NCBI GenBank assembly: GCA_963703225.1 | Contig: OY969801.1 | Coordinates: forward strand, 2,240,001-2,304,000 | Direction of reading: 5' to 3' | Length of the DNA stretch: 64,000 bases | Source: Candidatus Eiseniibacteriota bacterium | Lineage (GTDB): Bacteria > Eisenbacteria > RBG-16-71-46 > SZUA-252 | Shown here: positions 49,587 to 60,262 of the stretch, in pieces | Layout of the letters: every line of letters starts with the position of its first letter | Position numbering within the stretch: position 1 is the first letter of the stretch | Program-made: the position numbers and the translations under genes | The notes under the pieces: model-generated | Told to the model about the DNA's origin: nothing | What the model saw: the letters and a program-made list of their open reading frames with translations, nothing else | Databases searched by the model: none

Positions 49587-50350
49587 TCCACGGCAAGCGC
49601 GTGATCGTGGTCCTGCCCGCCTACAACGCGGCCCGCACCCTGGAGAAAACCTACACCGAGCTTCCGCGGGAGGTGGTCGACGAGGTGATCCTGGTGGACG
49701 ACGCGAGCCGGGACGAGACCTCGCGGATCGCGCAGCGCCTGGGTATCACGACGATCGTCCACGCGAAGAACCTGGGCTACGGCGGGAACCAGAAGACCTG
49801 CTACCGGAACGCCCTGGCGCGCGGCGCCGACGTGGTGATCATGGTCCACCCCGACTACCAGTACACGCCCGCGCTCGTGACCGCGATGGCCTCGATGGTC
49901 GGGACGGGACTCTACGACTCGGTGCTCGGATCCCGGATCATCGGCGGGGGTGCGCTTCGCGGCGGGATGCCGCTCTACAAGTACGTCGCCAATCGAATCC
50001 TCACCGCGATCGAGAATCTCGCGACGGGCCGCAAGCTGTCCGAGTACCACACGGGGTACCGCGCGTTCAGCCGGAAGGTGCTCGAGACGCTCCCCTTGGA
50101 GGAGAACTCGAACGATTTCGTCTTCGACAACGAGATGCTGGCCCAGATCATCGCGTTCGACTACTCGATCGGGGAGGTGAGCTGCCCCACCCGGTACTTC
50201 GAGGAGGCCTCGAGCATCTCGTTTCCCCGCGCCGTTCGCTACGGTCTCGGCGTCTTGAACGTCTCGCTCAAGCTCTGGCTCCACCGCGTGGGACTGAAGC
50301 GCGACAGGCTGTTTGCGCGCGACGGGCGGCGCCTGAACTCCACTCCATGA
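49583..50350 (+). CDS. Glycosyltransferase family 2 (polyprenol-phosphate sugar synthase-like)
   Basis: [29 protein letters not shown]. Confidence 0.92.
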   Translation: MIHGKRVIVVLPAYNAARTLEKTYTELPREVVDEVILVDDASRDETSRIAQRLGITTIVHAKNLGYGGNQKTCYRNALARGADVVIMVHPDYQYTPALVTAMASMVGTGLYDSVLGSRIIGGGALRGGMPLYKYVANRILTAIENLATGRKLSEYHTGYRAFSRKVLETLPLEENSNDFVFDNEMLAQIIAFDYSIGEVSCPTRYFEEASSISFPRAVRYGLGVLNVSLKLWLHRVGLKRDRLFARDGRRLNSTP

Positions 50351-52029
50351 CCCGGAGAAGACCGCGACGGCCTCCGAAGGGCGCTCCCGCGGGGGTGAGG
50401 CGCGACCCGATCCGCCTGGGTCCGTCCATCCCGCCGGCGGTCCAGGCCCTGGCGGCCATTGCGGTCTTCACCGCGGCGCTCCTGGTCTATCTCCCCACGC
50501 TCCGCTTTGGGTTTCTGACCAGCTGGGACGATCCGACGTACGTCGTCGACAACCCATGGATCCGGGGATTCACGCGAGAGAACCTGGCCTTCGTCTTCAC
50601 CCACCCCTACTTCTCGAACTTTCTTCCCCTCCACCTGGTCTCGTACATGGTGGATTACAGCTATTGGAAGCTGAATCCGTTCGGGTACCACCTCCAGTCG
50701 GTGCTCTTGAACGCGGTGAACGCGGCGCTCGCGCTCTGGGTCGTCCGGCGACTCCTCGGGAGCTTCCTTCCGGCCTTTATCGCCGCGCTACTCTTCGCGG
50801 TGCATCCGTCGCACGTCGAGGCCGTGGCGTGGGTGTCGATCCGGAAGGACATCCTCTCGACCACCTTTCTCCTCCTGACCGTGCACTTCTACCTTCGCGC
50901 GATCGGCGGAAGGTCGCTTCGCCCGGGTCCGTACGTCGCTTCCGTCCTTTGTTTCACGCTCGGCCTCCTCTCCAAGGTGAGCATCGTCGCCCTACCCCTG
51001 TTCCTGCTGCTGGTCGATGCGATCCCGATGAATCATCGGCGGCCGACGGGCTGGAGAGCGGCGCTCCTGAACAAGATTCCCTACGGGCTCGTCGGGCTTG
51101 TCCTCATCCGATTGAACATGATGGCCCAGGTAAAGGCGCAGGCGGCTTACGCCCACGACCCGATCCTGTACCTGATGGTGAAAGGCCACGCGGTCTGGAA
51201 TAACCTCGCGCTCTTGACCGGTCTGCCGATGGGGAGACCGGTCTACGACACGCCCCAGTTCGCGGCCTCGCTCTGGCCCGCGGTGTCGAATCTCGCGGGG
51301 CTCCTGATTCTTCCGCTCCTGGTCTGGCTCGCGTGGCGCCGCGGTTGGCGCGAGCTGGCGCTCGGGACGGGATGGGTCTTCGCCCTCATCCTGCCCGCGA
51401 TCCTCTTCCCGCTCGTGACCTACATGGCCGACCGCTACCTCTACGCGCCGTCTCTCGGATTTTGCTGGTGCCTCGCCGGGGCGATCCTATGGCTCGGGGC
51501 GCGCGGCGGCGGCGGCGCCATCCGCGCGGGGGTCGTGGCTCTGCTCGCCATCCTCGTCTTCGCCGGCTTTGTCCATCGCACCCTCGAGTACAGCCGCGTT
51601 TGGTCGAGCGGGGAGGCGCTCTGGTCCTACGCCATCAAGCGGAGCAGCGATTACCGCGTCCGGAACAACATGGCGCAGGCGAGAATGGGCCAGAAGCGCT
51701 ACGCCGAGGCGGAGAAGCTCTACCGTCAGGCCTCCGAGGTGGAAAATTTCGTCTCGTATCAGGGCATCGCGGCGGTCTGCTACGACACCCAGCGCTACCC
51801 GGAGGCGGAGCAGGCCATCGATCGCGCGCTGGAGATCGCGCGGCGGCGCGGCGGCGACTACTTCGACATCTCGGAGATCGAGTACACGCGGGGCGCGATC
51901 CAGTGGGTGCAGGGCCGGAACCAGGAAGCGATCGCGTCATGGGAGGAGGCGCTGCGGGTCAACCCGCGGCACGAGCAGGCGCGCTCGTGGCTCGACACGG
52001 CGCGCGGGCAATCGACAACGACGAGGTAA
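50347..52029 (+). CDS. TMTC-like GT-C membrane glycosyltransferase with TPR tail
   Basis: [37 protein letters not shown]-terminal TPRs. Confidence 0.85.
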   Translation: MTRRRPRRPPKGAPAGVRRDPIRLGPSIPPAVQALAAIAVFTAALLVYLPTLRFGFLTSWDDPTYVVDNPWIRGFTRENLAFVFTHPYFSNFLPLHLVSYMVDYSYWKLNPFGYHLQSVLLNAVNAALALWVVRRLLGSFLPAFIAALLFAVHPSHVEAVAWVSIRKDILSTTFLLLTVHFYLRAIGGRSLRPGPYVASVLCFTLGLLSKVSIVALPLFLLLVDAIPMNHRRPTGWRAALLNKIPYGLVGLVLIRLNMMAQVKAQAAYAHDPILYLMVKGHAVWNNLALLTGLPMGRPVYDTPQFAASLWPAVSNLAGLLILPLLVWLAWRRGWRELALGTGWVFALILPAILFPLVTYMADRYLYAPSLGFCWCLAGAILWLGARGGGGAIRAGVVALLAILVFAGFVHRTLEYSRVWSSGEALWSYAIKRSSDYRVRNNMAQARMGQKRYAEAEKLYRQASEVENFVSYQGIAAVCYDTQRYPEAEQAIDRALEIARRRGGDYFDISEIEYTRGAIQWVQGRNQEAIASWEEALRVNPRHEQARSWLDTARGQSTTTR

Positions 52030-52035
52030 CCCACC

Positions 52036-52606
52036 ATGTTCCTCGGACATTTCGCGGTGGGAATGGCCGCCAAGCGCGCGGCACCCAAGGTATCGCTCGG
52101 GACTCTGCTACCCCTGGTCCCACAGCCTACTCATGACCCTTGTCTGGGCCCTGCTGGTCGGATGGGTCTACCGCGCGAGAAAGGGCGATCCCATGGGGGC
52201 TCTCTGGGTGGGCCTCTGCGTGGTGAGCCACTGGGTGCTCGACTGGATCTCCCACCGGCCCGACCTCCCGCTCTACCCGGGAGGCGGGCCCAAGTTGGGA
52301 CTGGGGCTTTGGTACTCGGTCCCCGCCACGCTCCTGGTGGAGGGTCTGCTCTTCGCGACGGGAATCTGGATCTACATCGCGACGACCCGCGCGAAGGACC
52401 GAGTCGGCAGCATCGCCTTCTGGGTGCTCATGGCGGTTCTCGCCGGCCTTTACGCCATGGCCTCCGCGGCGCCCCCTCCTCCCAACATGAAGGCAATCGC
52501 CATCACGGACATCGCGCTGGTGGGGATCTTCGCTTGGGCCGCGTGGGCTGACCGGCACCGCGCGTTAAGGGCGGCACCGGTCGCCCTGTCGGCGACGGCC
52601 GTTTAG
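52036..52606 (+). pseudogene. Membrane metal-dependent hydrolase (YbcI-like) with internal deletion/frameshift
   Basis: MFLGHF...SLGTL abuts YPWSHSL in another frame; SHWVLDWISHRPDLPL follows. Confidence 0.7.
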
Positions 52607-52730
52607 GAGACCACTCGATACCGCCTGGGCGGCGCATGAAGTCGTCCTTGGGAACCCCTCCCGCCGGGTGTACCCTGGCGCTCCGCCCATCCGGGCCGAA
52701 CGCCCCAAGGCCGGGGCAGCGGGAGGAACC

Positions 52731-54761
52731 ATGCGCACACCGATCCTCGCCGTCACGTTATCCGTCGCCATCCGTATCGCCCTCAGCGCCCCCTGCGCGG
52801 TCGCCGCGCCCGAGCGGCTTCCCGCCGACACGCCGAAGACGACCGTCGCCGGAAACACGTTCGTCGCGCCCCAGGGCTGGTCGCTCCTCGTGCGCGGACC
52901 GGCGACGATCCTCGAGGCACCCGAAGGGGGCTCCTTCATCATCCTGGTAGACGTGCCGGCGAAGGACGCGACGACAGCCAACGTGGCGATAGCCGCCGCC
53001 TGGGCGGCCTACAAACCCGACGCGAAGTGGCCCCTCAAGGTCGTGACACCCATCGCCGACAGGGACGGCTGGACCAATCGCAGTGCGTACTCCTACCAGA
53101 CGTCCCCCAACGAGAAGCGCGACGTCGGCGCCGACATCCGACGAGCCAACGATGTGTGGACCGTCGTGATCTACGACATGACCCAGGCGATCGGGGAGAA
53201 GCGCGGAGCCCAGGTCGGTCTGATCTACGGGAAGCTCCTGCCGAAGGGACGAAGCCGGGAATCGTTCGCGGGCAGGAAGGCGAACAAGCTCGACGACGCC
53301 CGCCTGGCGGAGCTCCGGAAGTTCGTCGAGACCTCCATGAAGCTGACCGGCGTGCCGGGCGTCTCGCTCAGCATCTACCAGGACGGCAAGGTCGTGCTCG
53401 CCGAGGGTTTCGGCGTGCGCGAGCTCGGGAAGCCCGCGAAGGCCGACGCCGACACCCGATACATGATTGCCTCGAACACCAAGGCGCTGACGACGCTGAT
53501 GCTCGCACGACTGGTTGACGAGAGGAAGCTCGCGTGGGACACGCCGGCGGTCACGGCCCTGCCCTCCTTCAGGCTGGGTGACGCGGACGTCACAAGGAGT
53601 GTGCTGATCAAGCACCTCATCTGCGCATGCACCGGCATGCCGCGCCAGGATCTCGAGTGGCTGCTCGAATTCCAGGGCAACACGGCCGACTCCACGATGG
53701 CCGTGCTGGCGACGATGCAGCCGACCAGCAAGTTCGGCGAGCTGTTCCAGTATTCGAACCCGATGGCCGCGGCCGCCGGATTTCTCGGCGGACATGTGGC
53801 GTTCCCAAGTCTCGAGCTGGGCGCCGCGTACGACAAGGCCATGCAGACGCTGGTATTCGATCCGCTCGGCATGGGCGGGACGACCTTCGACTTCGCCACG
53901 ACCCAGAAGGGAGACGTCGCGACCGCCCACGCCCCCGATATTGACGGGAAGCCGGCGCTCGCGGAGGGGCGGACGAACCTGTCGATCGTGCCGGTGCGTC
54001 CGGCGGGCGGCGCTTGGAGCTCAGTGAACGACATGATGAAGTACGTGGTGATGGAGCTTCGCGAGGGCGAGTTACCCGACGGCAAGCGGTACATCTCCAA
54101 GGACGCGCTCCTGGCGCGGCGCGCGCCGCAGGTCGCCGTCGGCACCGATGTCACCTACGGCATGGGCTTGTTCGTCGACTCAACGTACGGCACCACCGTC
54201 GTGCATCACGGGGGCGACATGATCGGGTTTCACAGCGACATGATGTGGCTGCCCGAGCACGGGGTCGGAGCGGTGATCCTGACGAACGGCGATCCCGGCT
54301 GGCTCATCCGCTCGGTGTTCCAGCGCAAGCTGCTCGAGGTCTTGTTCGATGGCAACGCGGAGGCCGACGGGCGGATCGCGGCCAGCGCCAAGACGTTCTT
54401 CGACGAGCTGGCCGCGGAGCGCAAGCTTCTGACCGTGCCCGCCGACGCGATGGAGGCCGCCAAGCTCGCTCCGGCGTACTGGAACCCCGCGGTCGGGGGT
54501 ACCGTCGTTCGAAGGGAGGGCGCGGCGACGATCTTCGACTTCGGCGAGTGGTCGAGCGAGGTCGCGTCGCGCAAGAATCCCGGACGGCACGATCTCGTTC
54601 ATCACGATCGTACCCGGCTTCAACGGGCTAGAATTCGTCGTCGGCGAGAAGACCCTGACGCTGCGCGACGCGCAGCACGAGTACGTCCTGGCGGCGTCGC
54701 ACCGGCGTCCGCCGGCTCCAAGGTGGCGCCCGGTCTCGCCAGCCCGCCGCTGGCGCGATAG
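52731..54761 (+). CDS. Serine hydrolase (beta-lactamase class C family), secreted; C-terminal frameshift near 54581
   Basis: SNTK (SxxK), YSN, HGG motifs; GGAGG RBS. Confidence 0.88.
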   Translation: MRTPILAVTLSVAIRIALSAPCAVAAPERLPADTPKTTVAGNTFVAPQGWSLLVRGPATILEAPEGGSFIILVDVPAKDATTANVAIAAAWAAYKPDAKWPLKVVTPIADRDGWTNRSAYSYQTSPNEKRDVGADIRRANDVWTVVIYDMTQAIGEKRGAQVGLIYGKLLPKGRSRESFAGRKANKLDDARLAELRKFVETSMKLTGVPGVSLSIYQDGKVVLAEGFGVRELGKPAKADADTRYMIASNTKALTTLMLARLVDERKLAWDTPAVTALPSFRLGDADVTRSVLIKHLICACTGMPRQDLEWLLEFQGNTADSTMAVLATMQPTSKFGELFQYSNPMAAAAGFLGGHVAFPSLELGAAYDKAMQTLVFDPLGMGGTTFDFATTQKGDVATAHAPDIDGKPALAEGRTNLSIVPVRPAGGAWSSVNDMMKYVVMELREGELPDGKRYISKDALLARRAPQVAVGTDVTYGMGLFVDSTYGTTVVHHGGDMIGFHSDMMWLPEHGVGAVILTNGDPGWLIRSVFQRKLLEVLFDGNAEADGRIAASAKTFFDELAAERKLLTVPADAMEAAKLAPAYWNPAVGGTVVRREGAATIFDFGEWSSEVASRKNPGRHDLVHHDRTRLQRARIRRRREDPDAARRAARVRPGGVAPASAGSKVAPGLASPPLAR

Positions 54762-54777
54762 CCGACCTGGGGTGGGC

Positions 54778-54812
54778 GAAACCGCTGCTCTATCCGTCTG
54801 AGCTACGGGGGC
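54778..54812 (-). pseudogene. 5' fragment of a tRNA-Arg (probably CCT), truncated in the anticodon loop
   Basis: GCCCCCG-TA-GCTC-AGACGGATA-GAGC-A-GCGGT-TTC followed by non-tRNA sequence. Confidence 0.75.
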
Positions 54813-54856
54813 GTGACGGGATCAGCGGGCTGCATCTCCCGCGGCGGCTTGTCCCG

Positions 54857-55360
54857 CTAGGAAGCCTTCTTCCGCTCCAGGTCGAACCGGAAGGTCACCA
54901 CCGTGTCCCCATCCTTGTGACTCCACTCCTGGACGAGATGGTCCTTGTCGGTGAACGTGAGGGTCAGCCCGTCCATGTGCGGCGACTTCGGCGTCGGCAG
55001 GTTGGTGACGTCGATCATCGTGAACTTCATCGACTTGGCGTTCCCTTCGCCGCGCATCCGAGGCTGATTCCCTTCCGCGCAGTAGTGGGTCATCATGACC
55101 TTGTCCCCATTGGGATAATAGACGGTGACCATGGAATGCTCGGTCCCGGGATCCATCCGCTCGATGAGCGCGGATCCTCCGGCCACCAGCTCATAGCTCA
55201 CCACCGTCCCCTTGTCGCCCTTGCCCACTTCGCGCCACTCGCCGACGAGCGCCTTGAGCGGATCGAACGACGTCGGGGTCTTGACCGCCGCCATGTGCTC
55301 CTCGTGCGCGAAACAGGGCGTGAACGCGAGGACCAGAATCAACGAGAGCAGCTTCTTCAT
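54857..55360 (-). CDS. Hypothetical secreted protein
   Basis: Signal peptide MKKLLSL; LKALVGEW, THYCAEGNQPRM; AGGAG RBS. Confidence 0.8.
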   Translation of the reverse strand: MKKLLSLILVLAFTPCFAHEEHMAAVKTPTSFDPLKALVGEWREVGKGDKGTVVSYELVAGGSALIERMDPGTEHSMVTVYYPNGDKVMMTHYCAEGNQPRMRGEGNAKSMKFTMIDVTNLPTPKSPHMDGLTLTFTDKDHLVQEWSHKDGDTVVTFRFDLERKKAS

Positions 55361-55441
55361 CGGTCTCCTCCTTCCCGGTTGGGGGAAGGATTCTATCACC
55401 GCCATTGCCCGGCTCCCATGGGGGCCGGTATCCTCGAGTTC

Positions 55442-55969
55442 ATGCCCTCGATGCTCGTCGAATCCGAGGAGGACTTGGCGGAGATCGTCCGCTCGGCCCG
55501 CGTCGTCGCGGTGGTCGGGATCAAGGACGGCGCCGATCCCCAGGCGCCGGCCTACGCCATCCCCAAGTGGCTGCAATCGTTCGGCATCCGGATCATCGGG
55601 GTGAACCCCAAGTTCACCACGGTGCTCGGCGAGCGGGTCTACCCGAACCTGGCGTCGCTGCCCGAGCGTCCCGACATCGTGGACGTCTTCCGACGGCCGG
55701 AGTTCGTGGGCCCGCTGGCCGACGAGGTGCTCGCCCTGCCACCCGAGAGGCGCCCCGCCGTCTTCTGGATGCAGACCGGAATCCGGAACGAGGCCGCGGC
55801 GGAGAAGCTCGCGGCCGCCGGAATTCGAGTCGTGATGGATCGCTGCCTCGGCGTCTACGCCGACCGATATCGCAGCGCGAGCCTGATTCCCCCACCACCG
55901 ACTTTTCCGAAATCACCGCAAGGATCGGATAGACGCTTTGCCCCCCCACCCGTAGCCTTGTGGCCATGA
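55442..55969 (+). CDS. CoA-binding protein (YccU-like)
   Basis: VAVVG, GVNP, DIVDVFRR, WMQTGI, VVMDRC. Confidence 0.9.
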   Translation: MPSMLVESEEDLAEIVRSARVVAVVGIKDGADPQAPAYAIPKWLQSFGIRIIGVNPKFTTVLGERVYPNLASLPERPDIVDVFRRPEFVGPLADEVLALPPERRPAVFWMQTGIRNEAAAEKLAAAGIRVVMDRCLGVYADRYRSASLIPPPPTFPKSPQGSDRRFAPPPVALWP

Positions 55970-55978
55970 GGTGCAGCC

Positions 55979-57090
55979 ATGAATGATAGCGTCCGAACGC
56001 GGGTGGCGGCCGACCCGGAGCGCCTGAACGAGGCTCGGTGGCAGGCCGTCCTGGCCCGGGACTCCCGGTGCGACGGCTTGTTCGTGACCGGGGTCCTGAC
56101 GACCGGGATCTACTGCCGGCCCTCCTGCGCCGCGCGGCAGCCCCGAAGGGAGAACGTTCGGTTCTTCGAGAGTCCGGAGGAGGCCGAGCGCGCGGGATTC
56201 CGCGCCTGCCTCCGGTGCAGGCCCCGGGATTCCGCGAGCGCGCCACGCCGGGACGAGCTGGTCCGGAGAGTCTGCCGCCACCTCGAGGAAAACGGGGAGG
56301 ACCGCGTAACCCTTTCGGCGCTCGCTCGGGAGTTCGGGATGAGCCCCTACCACCTTCAGCGGGCATTCAAGAAAGCTATCGGTATCTCGCCTCGGCAGTA
56401 CGCCGACGCGCTCAGGCTCGGACGGCTCAAGAAACGGCTTCAGGGAAAGGAGACGGTCACGATGGCGATGTACGAGGCGGGATACGGATCGAGCAGCAGG
56501 CTCTACGAATCATCGACACAGCGGCTCGGCATGACCCCCGGCGCCTACCGGGAGGGCGGGCGCGGAGTGGAGATCCGCTACGCGGTGGCGAGCACGCCGA
56601 TCGGGCGGGTCATGGTCGCGGCCACCGAGCGCGGCATCTGCAGCGTGCGGCTCGGGAGAGCCGGAGCGGAAAATGGCCGCGGAGCTGGGGCGGGAATTTC
56701 CGGCCGCCGTCGATCCGGCGGGACCGAAACGGCATGAGCGGCTGGATCCAATCGCTCGCACGCCACCTCGAAGGAAGAGAGAAGCGCTTGGACCTGCCCG
56801 TCGACGTGCGGGCCACCGCGTTCCAGTGGCGGGTCTACGAAGCGCTCCGGGCGATCCCCTACGGCGAGACCCGGACGTACAAGGAGGTGGCGCAATCGAT
56901 CGGGAAGCCGAAGGCCGCGCGCGCGGTGGGCCGCGCCTGCGCCACCAACCCGGTTGGGATCATCATTCCCTGCCATCGGGTGGTCCGGGAGGGGGGCGGG
57001 CTCGGCGGCTACGCGTGGGGGCTCAAGCTCAAGAGGCAGCTATTGGAGACGGAGCGTCGAGGAGCTGGACGAGCGCGGCGGCGCTCGTGA
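55979..57090 (+). CDS. ada: Bifunctional Ada regulator / O6-methylguanine-DNA methyltransferase (frameshifted near 56665-56710)
   Basis: [10 protein letters not shown]...GFRACLRC, AraC HTH, and IIIPCHRVV in a second frame. Confidence 0.9.
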
Positions 57091-59141
57091 CCGGCGCCTT
57101 GCAGGCATAGTTCTCGCAGACGTACGCGGTGGCGTGCGCCCCCCACCGGCTTCTGCTCCTTCACGAAGGGCGCGACCGCGTGAAGAATCTTGGCGTCCTC
57201 CGACCGGTTCCAGAGCACGATCCGCCGCGGTAGGAATTTCGCGCTCACGGCCCGGACCATCGCCCACGCCTCGGGGTCGGCCGTTTCCCCCGCGATCACG
57301 ATCTCGCGCGTCGGGCCGAGGGCGAAATCGAGCGCCGCGAGGAGCTGGGTGTGGATCGAAGGGACGCGCGCCACCATCCCCGAGAAGGCGCGAAAGAGCG
57401 CGTCCGCGGCGCCCTCGAGCGCAGCCTCCCCCGTCACGCGGCCCAGTCGCAGCAGATTGAGCGCGGCGACCGAATTCCCGGATGGGGTCGCGCCGTCGTA
57501 GGCATCCTTGGCGCGAGCCAGAAGCGCTTCGCCGTCCGCGCCGCTGAAGAAGTATCCGCCTCCCTCCGAATCCCGAAAGAGCCGATCCATTTCCCGCGTC
57601 AACTTGAGGGCGGCGTCCAGGTGGCGCGCTTCGAAGGTGGCCTCGTAGAGCTCGAGAAGCCCCCACGCGAGGAAGGCGTAGTCGTCGAGGTACGCCGGGT
57701 AGGCTGCTTGGCCGTCGCGGTAGCGCGCGAGAAGCCGCCCATCCTCCCGCACCAGCTTGGATTCCAGGAACCGAAGCGCGCGAAGGGCGGCTTCCGCGTA
57801 GGAATCGTCGCCCAAAGCCCGCGCCGCCTTCGCCAGGGCGGCGATCATGAGGCCGTTCCATGCGGTGAGGATCTTGTCGTCCTTGTGCGGATGGACGCGG
57901 CGCTCCCGCGCCTCGAAGAGTTTCTGGCGCGAGGATTCGAGCCGACGGGCGACCTCTGCGGGAGCGATCCCAAGCTCCTGGGCCAGGGCCGAGGGGTCGC
58001 CGCTCAGGTGCGGGATGTTCGTGTCCGCGTCCTTTCCCGTGGCCTCGTCCCGCCAGTTGCCCTCGACCTCGATTCCGTAGGCGCGGCAGTAGATCGCCGC
58101 ATCCTCAGGACCCAAGAGCGCCTCGACCTCGGAGCGGGTCCAGATGTAGAACCGCCCCTCCTCCCCCTCGCTGTCGGCGTCCTCGGCCGAATAGAACGCT
58201 CCCTCCGGCGATGTCATATCGCGCATCACGTAGGCCGCGATCTCGCGCACCACGCCCGCGTAGATCGCGTTCCCCGTCGCCTGGAAGGCTTCAGCGTACG
58301 CGATCATGAGGAGGGCCTGGTCGTAGAGCATCTTCTCGAAGTGCGGGACCAGCCACTCGCGGTCGGTGGAATAGCGATGGAAGCCGAACCCGACGTGATC
58401 GTAGATACCCCCTCGGCGCATCGTCTGAAGGGTCGTCTCGACCATCTCGAGCGCGCGGCGGTCGCCGGTCCGGTGCCACCACCGCAGCAGGAACGTGAAG
58501 ACGTGCGCGGTCGGGAATTTTGGAGCCGAGCCGAACCCGCCGTGGGCCTCGTCGAATCGCCCCGCGAGCTGCTCGAACCCGAGGCGGAGCGTCCCTTCGT
58601 CCAGCGCCTCGCCTGGGCTCCCGGAGAACTGAGGTCGAATCGATTCGGTGATCTTGGAAGCCGCCTCGACGACCTGGTCCCGCTGCTGCTCCCATGCGCT
58701 CACCACTTGATAGAGAAGCTCTTTGAGTCCGAGCCGCCCGAAGCGAGATTCCGGAGGGAAATAGGTTCCGGCGAAGAAGGGGCGGCGGTCCGGGGTGAGG
58801 ATCACCGTGAGGGGCCAGCCGCCGCTGCCGGTGAGCGCCTGGCAGACCGTCATGTAGATCTGATCGACGTCGGGCCGCTCCTCGCGATCCACCTTGATGG
58901 GGACGAAATGCTCGTTCAGGATGCGCGCCACGTCCTCCTTCTCGAACGACTCCCGCTCCATGACGTGGCACCAGTGGCAGGTGGAGTAGCCAATCGAGAG
59001 AAAGATGGGGCGTTCCTCGCGGAGGGCGACATCGAACGCCTCGTCGCCCCAGGGATACCAGTCGACGGGATTCGAAGCGTGCTGGAGGAGGTAGGGGCTC
59101 TTCTCGCCAGCGAGACGGTTGGGCTTCTTGGCGCCGGTCAC
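57009..59141 (-). CDS. yyaL: Thioredoxin-domain protein YyaL/SSP411 (extreme C-terminus frameshifted)
   Basis: [31 protein letters not shown]. Confidence 0.92.
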   Translation of the reverse strand: MTGAKKPNRLAGEKSPYLLQHASNPVDWYPWGDEAFDVALREERPIFLSIGYSTCHWCHVMERESFEKEDVARILNEHFVPIKVDREERPDVDQIYMTVCQALTGSGGWPLTVILTPDRRPFFAGTYFPPESRFGRLGLKELLYQVVSAWEQQRDQVVEAASKITESIRPQFSGSPGEALDEGTLRLGFEQLAGRFDEAHGGFGSAPKFPTAHVFTFLLRWWHRTGDRRALEMVETTLQTMRRGGIYDHVGFGFHRYSTDREWLVPHFEKMLYDQALLMIAYAEAFQATGNAIYAGVVREIAAYVMRDMTSPEGAFYSAEDADSEGEEGRFYIWTRSEVEALLGPEDAAIYCRAYGIEVEGNWRDEATGKDADTNIPHLSGDPSALAQELGIAPAEVARRLESSRQKLFEARERRVHPHKDDKILTAWNGLMIAALAKAARALGDDSYAEAALRALRFLESKLVREDGRLLARYRDGQAAYPAYLDDYAFLAWGLLELYEATFEARHLDAALKLTREMDRLFRDSEGGGYFFSGADGEALLARAKDAYDGATPSGNSVAALNLLRLGRVTGEAALEGAADALFRAFSGMVARVPSIHTQLLAALDFALGPTREIVIAGETADPEAWAMVRAVSAKFLPRRIVLWNRSEDAKILHAVAPFVKEQKPVGGARHRVRLRELCLQGAGHERRRARPAPRRSVSNSCLLSLSPHA

Positions 59142-60244
59142 CCGACGCGCTCGATGACGCCACCCGCGACCACGCGGTCGCCGTCATAGAGCACCAGCGA
59201 CTGGCCAGGCGTCATCGCGCGCTGTGGCGTGTCGAAGCGGACGTCGGCGATGCCGTCGCCGTCCGGCGTCAGCACGGCCTGCGCGGGCTCGTGGAGGTAG
59301 CGGATCTTGCCCGTTCCCGAGACCGGCCCCGACGGGGCGATCCCGGCCGTATAGGAGACGCGCGCGATCCGGGCCTCGCGGCGGTAGAGCGCCTCTTCCC
59401 GGTCGACCTCCACCGTCCCGGTTACGGCATCGATCTTGGTCACGTAGAGCCGCTCGGCCGCCGAGACCTGAATCCCGCGCCGCTGGCCGATGGTGAAGGC
59501 GTGGATCCCGTCGTGCTCCCTCAAGGCCCGCCCCGAGCCGTCCTGCACCACGCCGCGAGGCGATGAGGCGAGTCGATCGGGGAAGCGCTCGCGCATGAAG
59601 TCGAGGTAGCTCCGCCCCTCGACGAAGCAGATGTCCTGGCTCTCCCGCTTGTCGGCCACCGAGAGGCCGTGCTCGCGGGCGGCGGCGCGGACCTCCTCCT
59701 TGGTCCAGTGACCGATCGGGAAGAGGGCTCGTGCGAGCACCTCCTGCTTCAGACCCCAGAGGACGTAGGACTGGTCCTTGGCCCCCTCGCGCGCCCGGAG
59801 CAGCGTGGCGCGCCCCTCCGCGTCCACTCCGCGTCTCGCGTAGTGCCCCGTCGCGACGTAATCGCAGCCGAAGCGCTCGGCCGCGCGGGCCAGCTCTCCA
59901 AACTTGAGCCAGTTGTTGCACTGGATGCAGGGATTGGGCGTGCGGCCCTTCACGTACTCGTCGACCAAATCCTCGATCACGTGCTCGCGAAAGGCGTCTT
60001 CCAGGTTCAGAACGTAGTGCGCGAAACCCATCCGACGCGCCACCGCGCGGCAGTCGTCGATCGCCTCGAGCGTGCAGCAGCCTCGGCTGGGTGACGGGCC
60101 CTCCGAGTAGCACCAGAGCTTCATGGTCACGCCGATCACCGTGTGTCCGCGCGCCGACAGCGCCGCGGCGACGACCGAGCTATCGACCCCGCCGCTCATG
60201 GCGACCAGAATGGTGGACGGATTCTCAGGGATGAAGTTCTGCAT
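59138..60244 (-). CDS. mnmA: tRNA-specific 2-thiouridylase
   Basis: [43 protein letters not shown]. Confidence 0.96.
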   Translation of the reverse strand: MQNFIPENPSTILVAMSGGVDSSVVAAALSARGHTVIGVTMKLWCYSEGPSPSRGCCTLEAIDDCRAVARRMGFAHYVLNLEDAFREHVIEDLVDEYVKGRTPNPCIQCNNWLKFGELARAAERFGCDYVATGHYARRGVDAEGRATLLRAREGAKDQSYVLWGLKQEVLARALFPIGHWTKEEVRAAAREHGLSVADKRESQDICFVEGRSYLDFMRERFPDRLASSPRGVVQDGSGRALREHDGIHAFTIGQRRGIQVSAAERLYVTKIDAVTGTVEVDREEALYRREARIARVSYTAGIAPSGPVSGTGKIRYLHEPAQAVLTPDGDGIADVRFDTPQRAMTPGQSLVLYDGDRVVAGGVIERVG

Positions 60245-60262
60245 GGGGCTCTTCTCGAAGGT

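Noticed and set aside
55979..57090. Naturally split adaA/adaB or programmed frameshift
   Set aside because: The breaks resemble the other indels in the window and no slippery heptamer or separate RBS is evident
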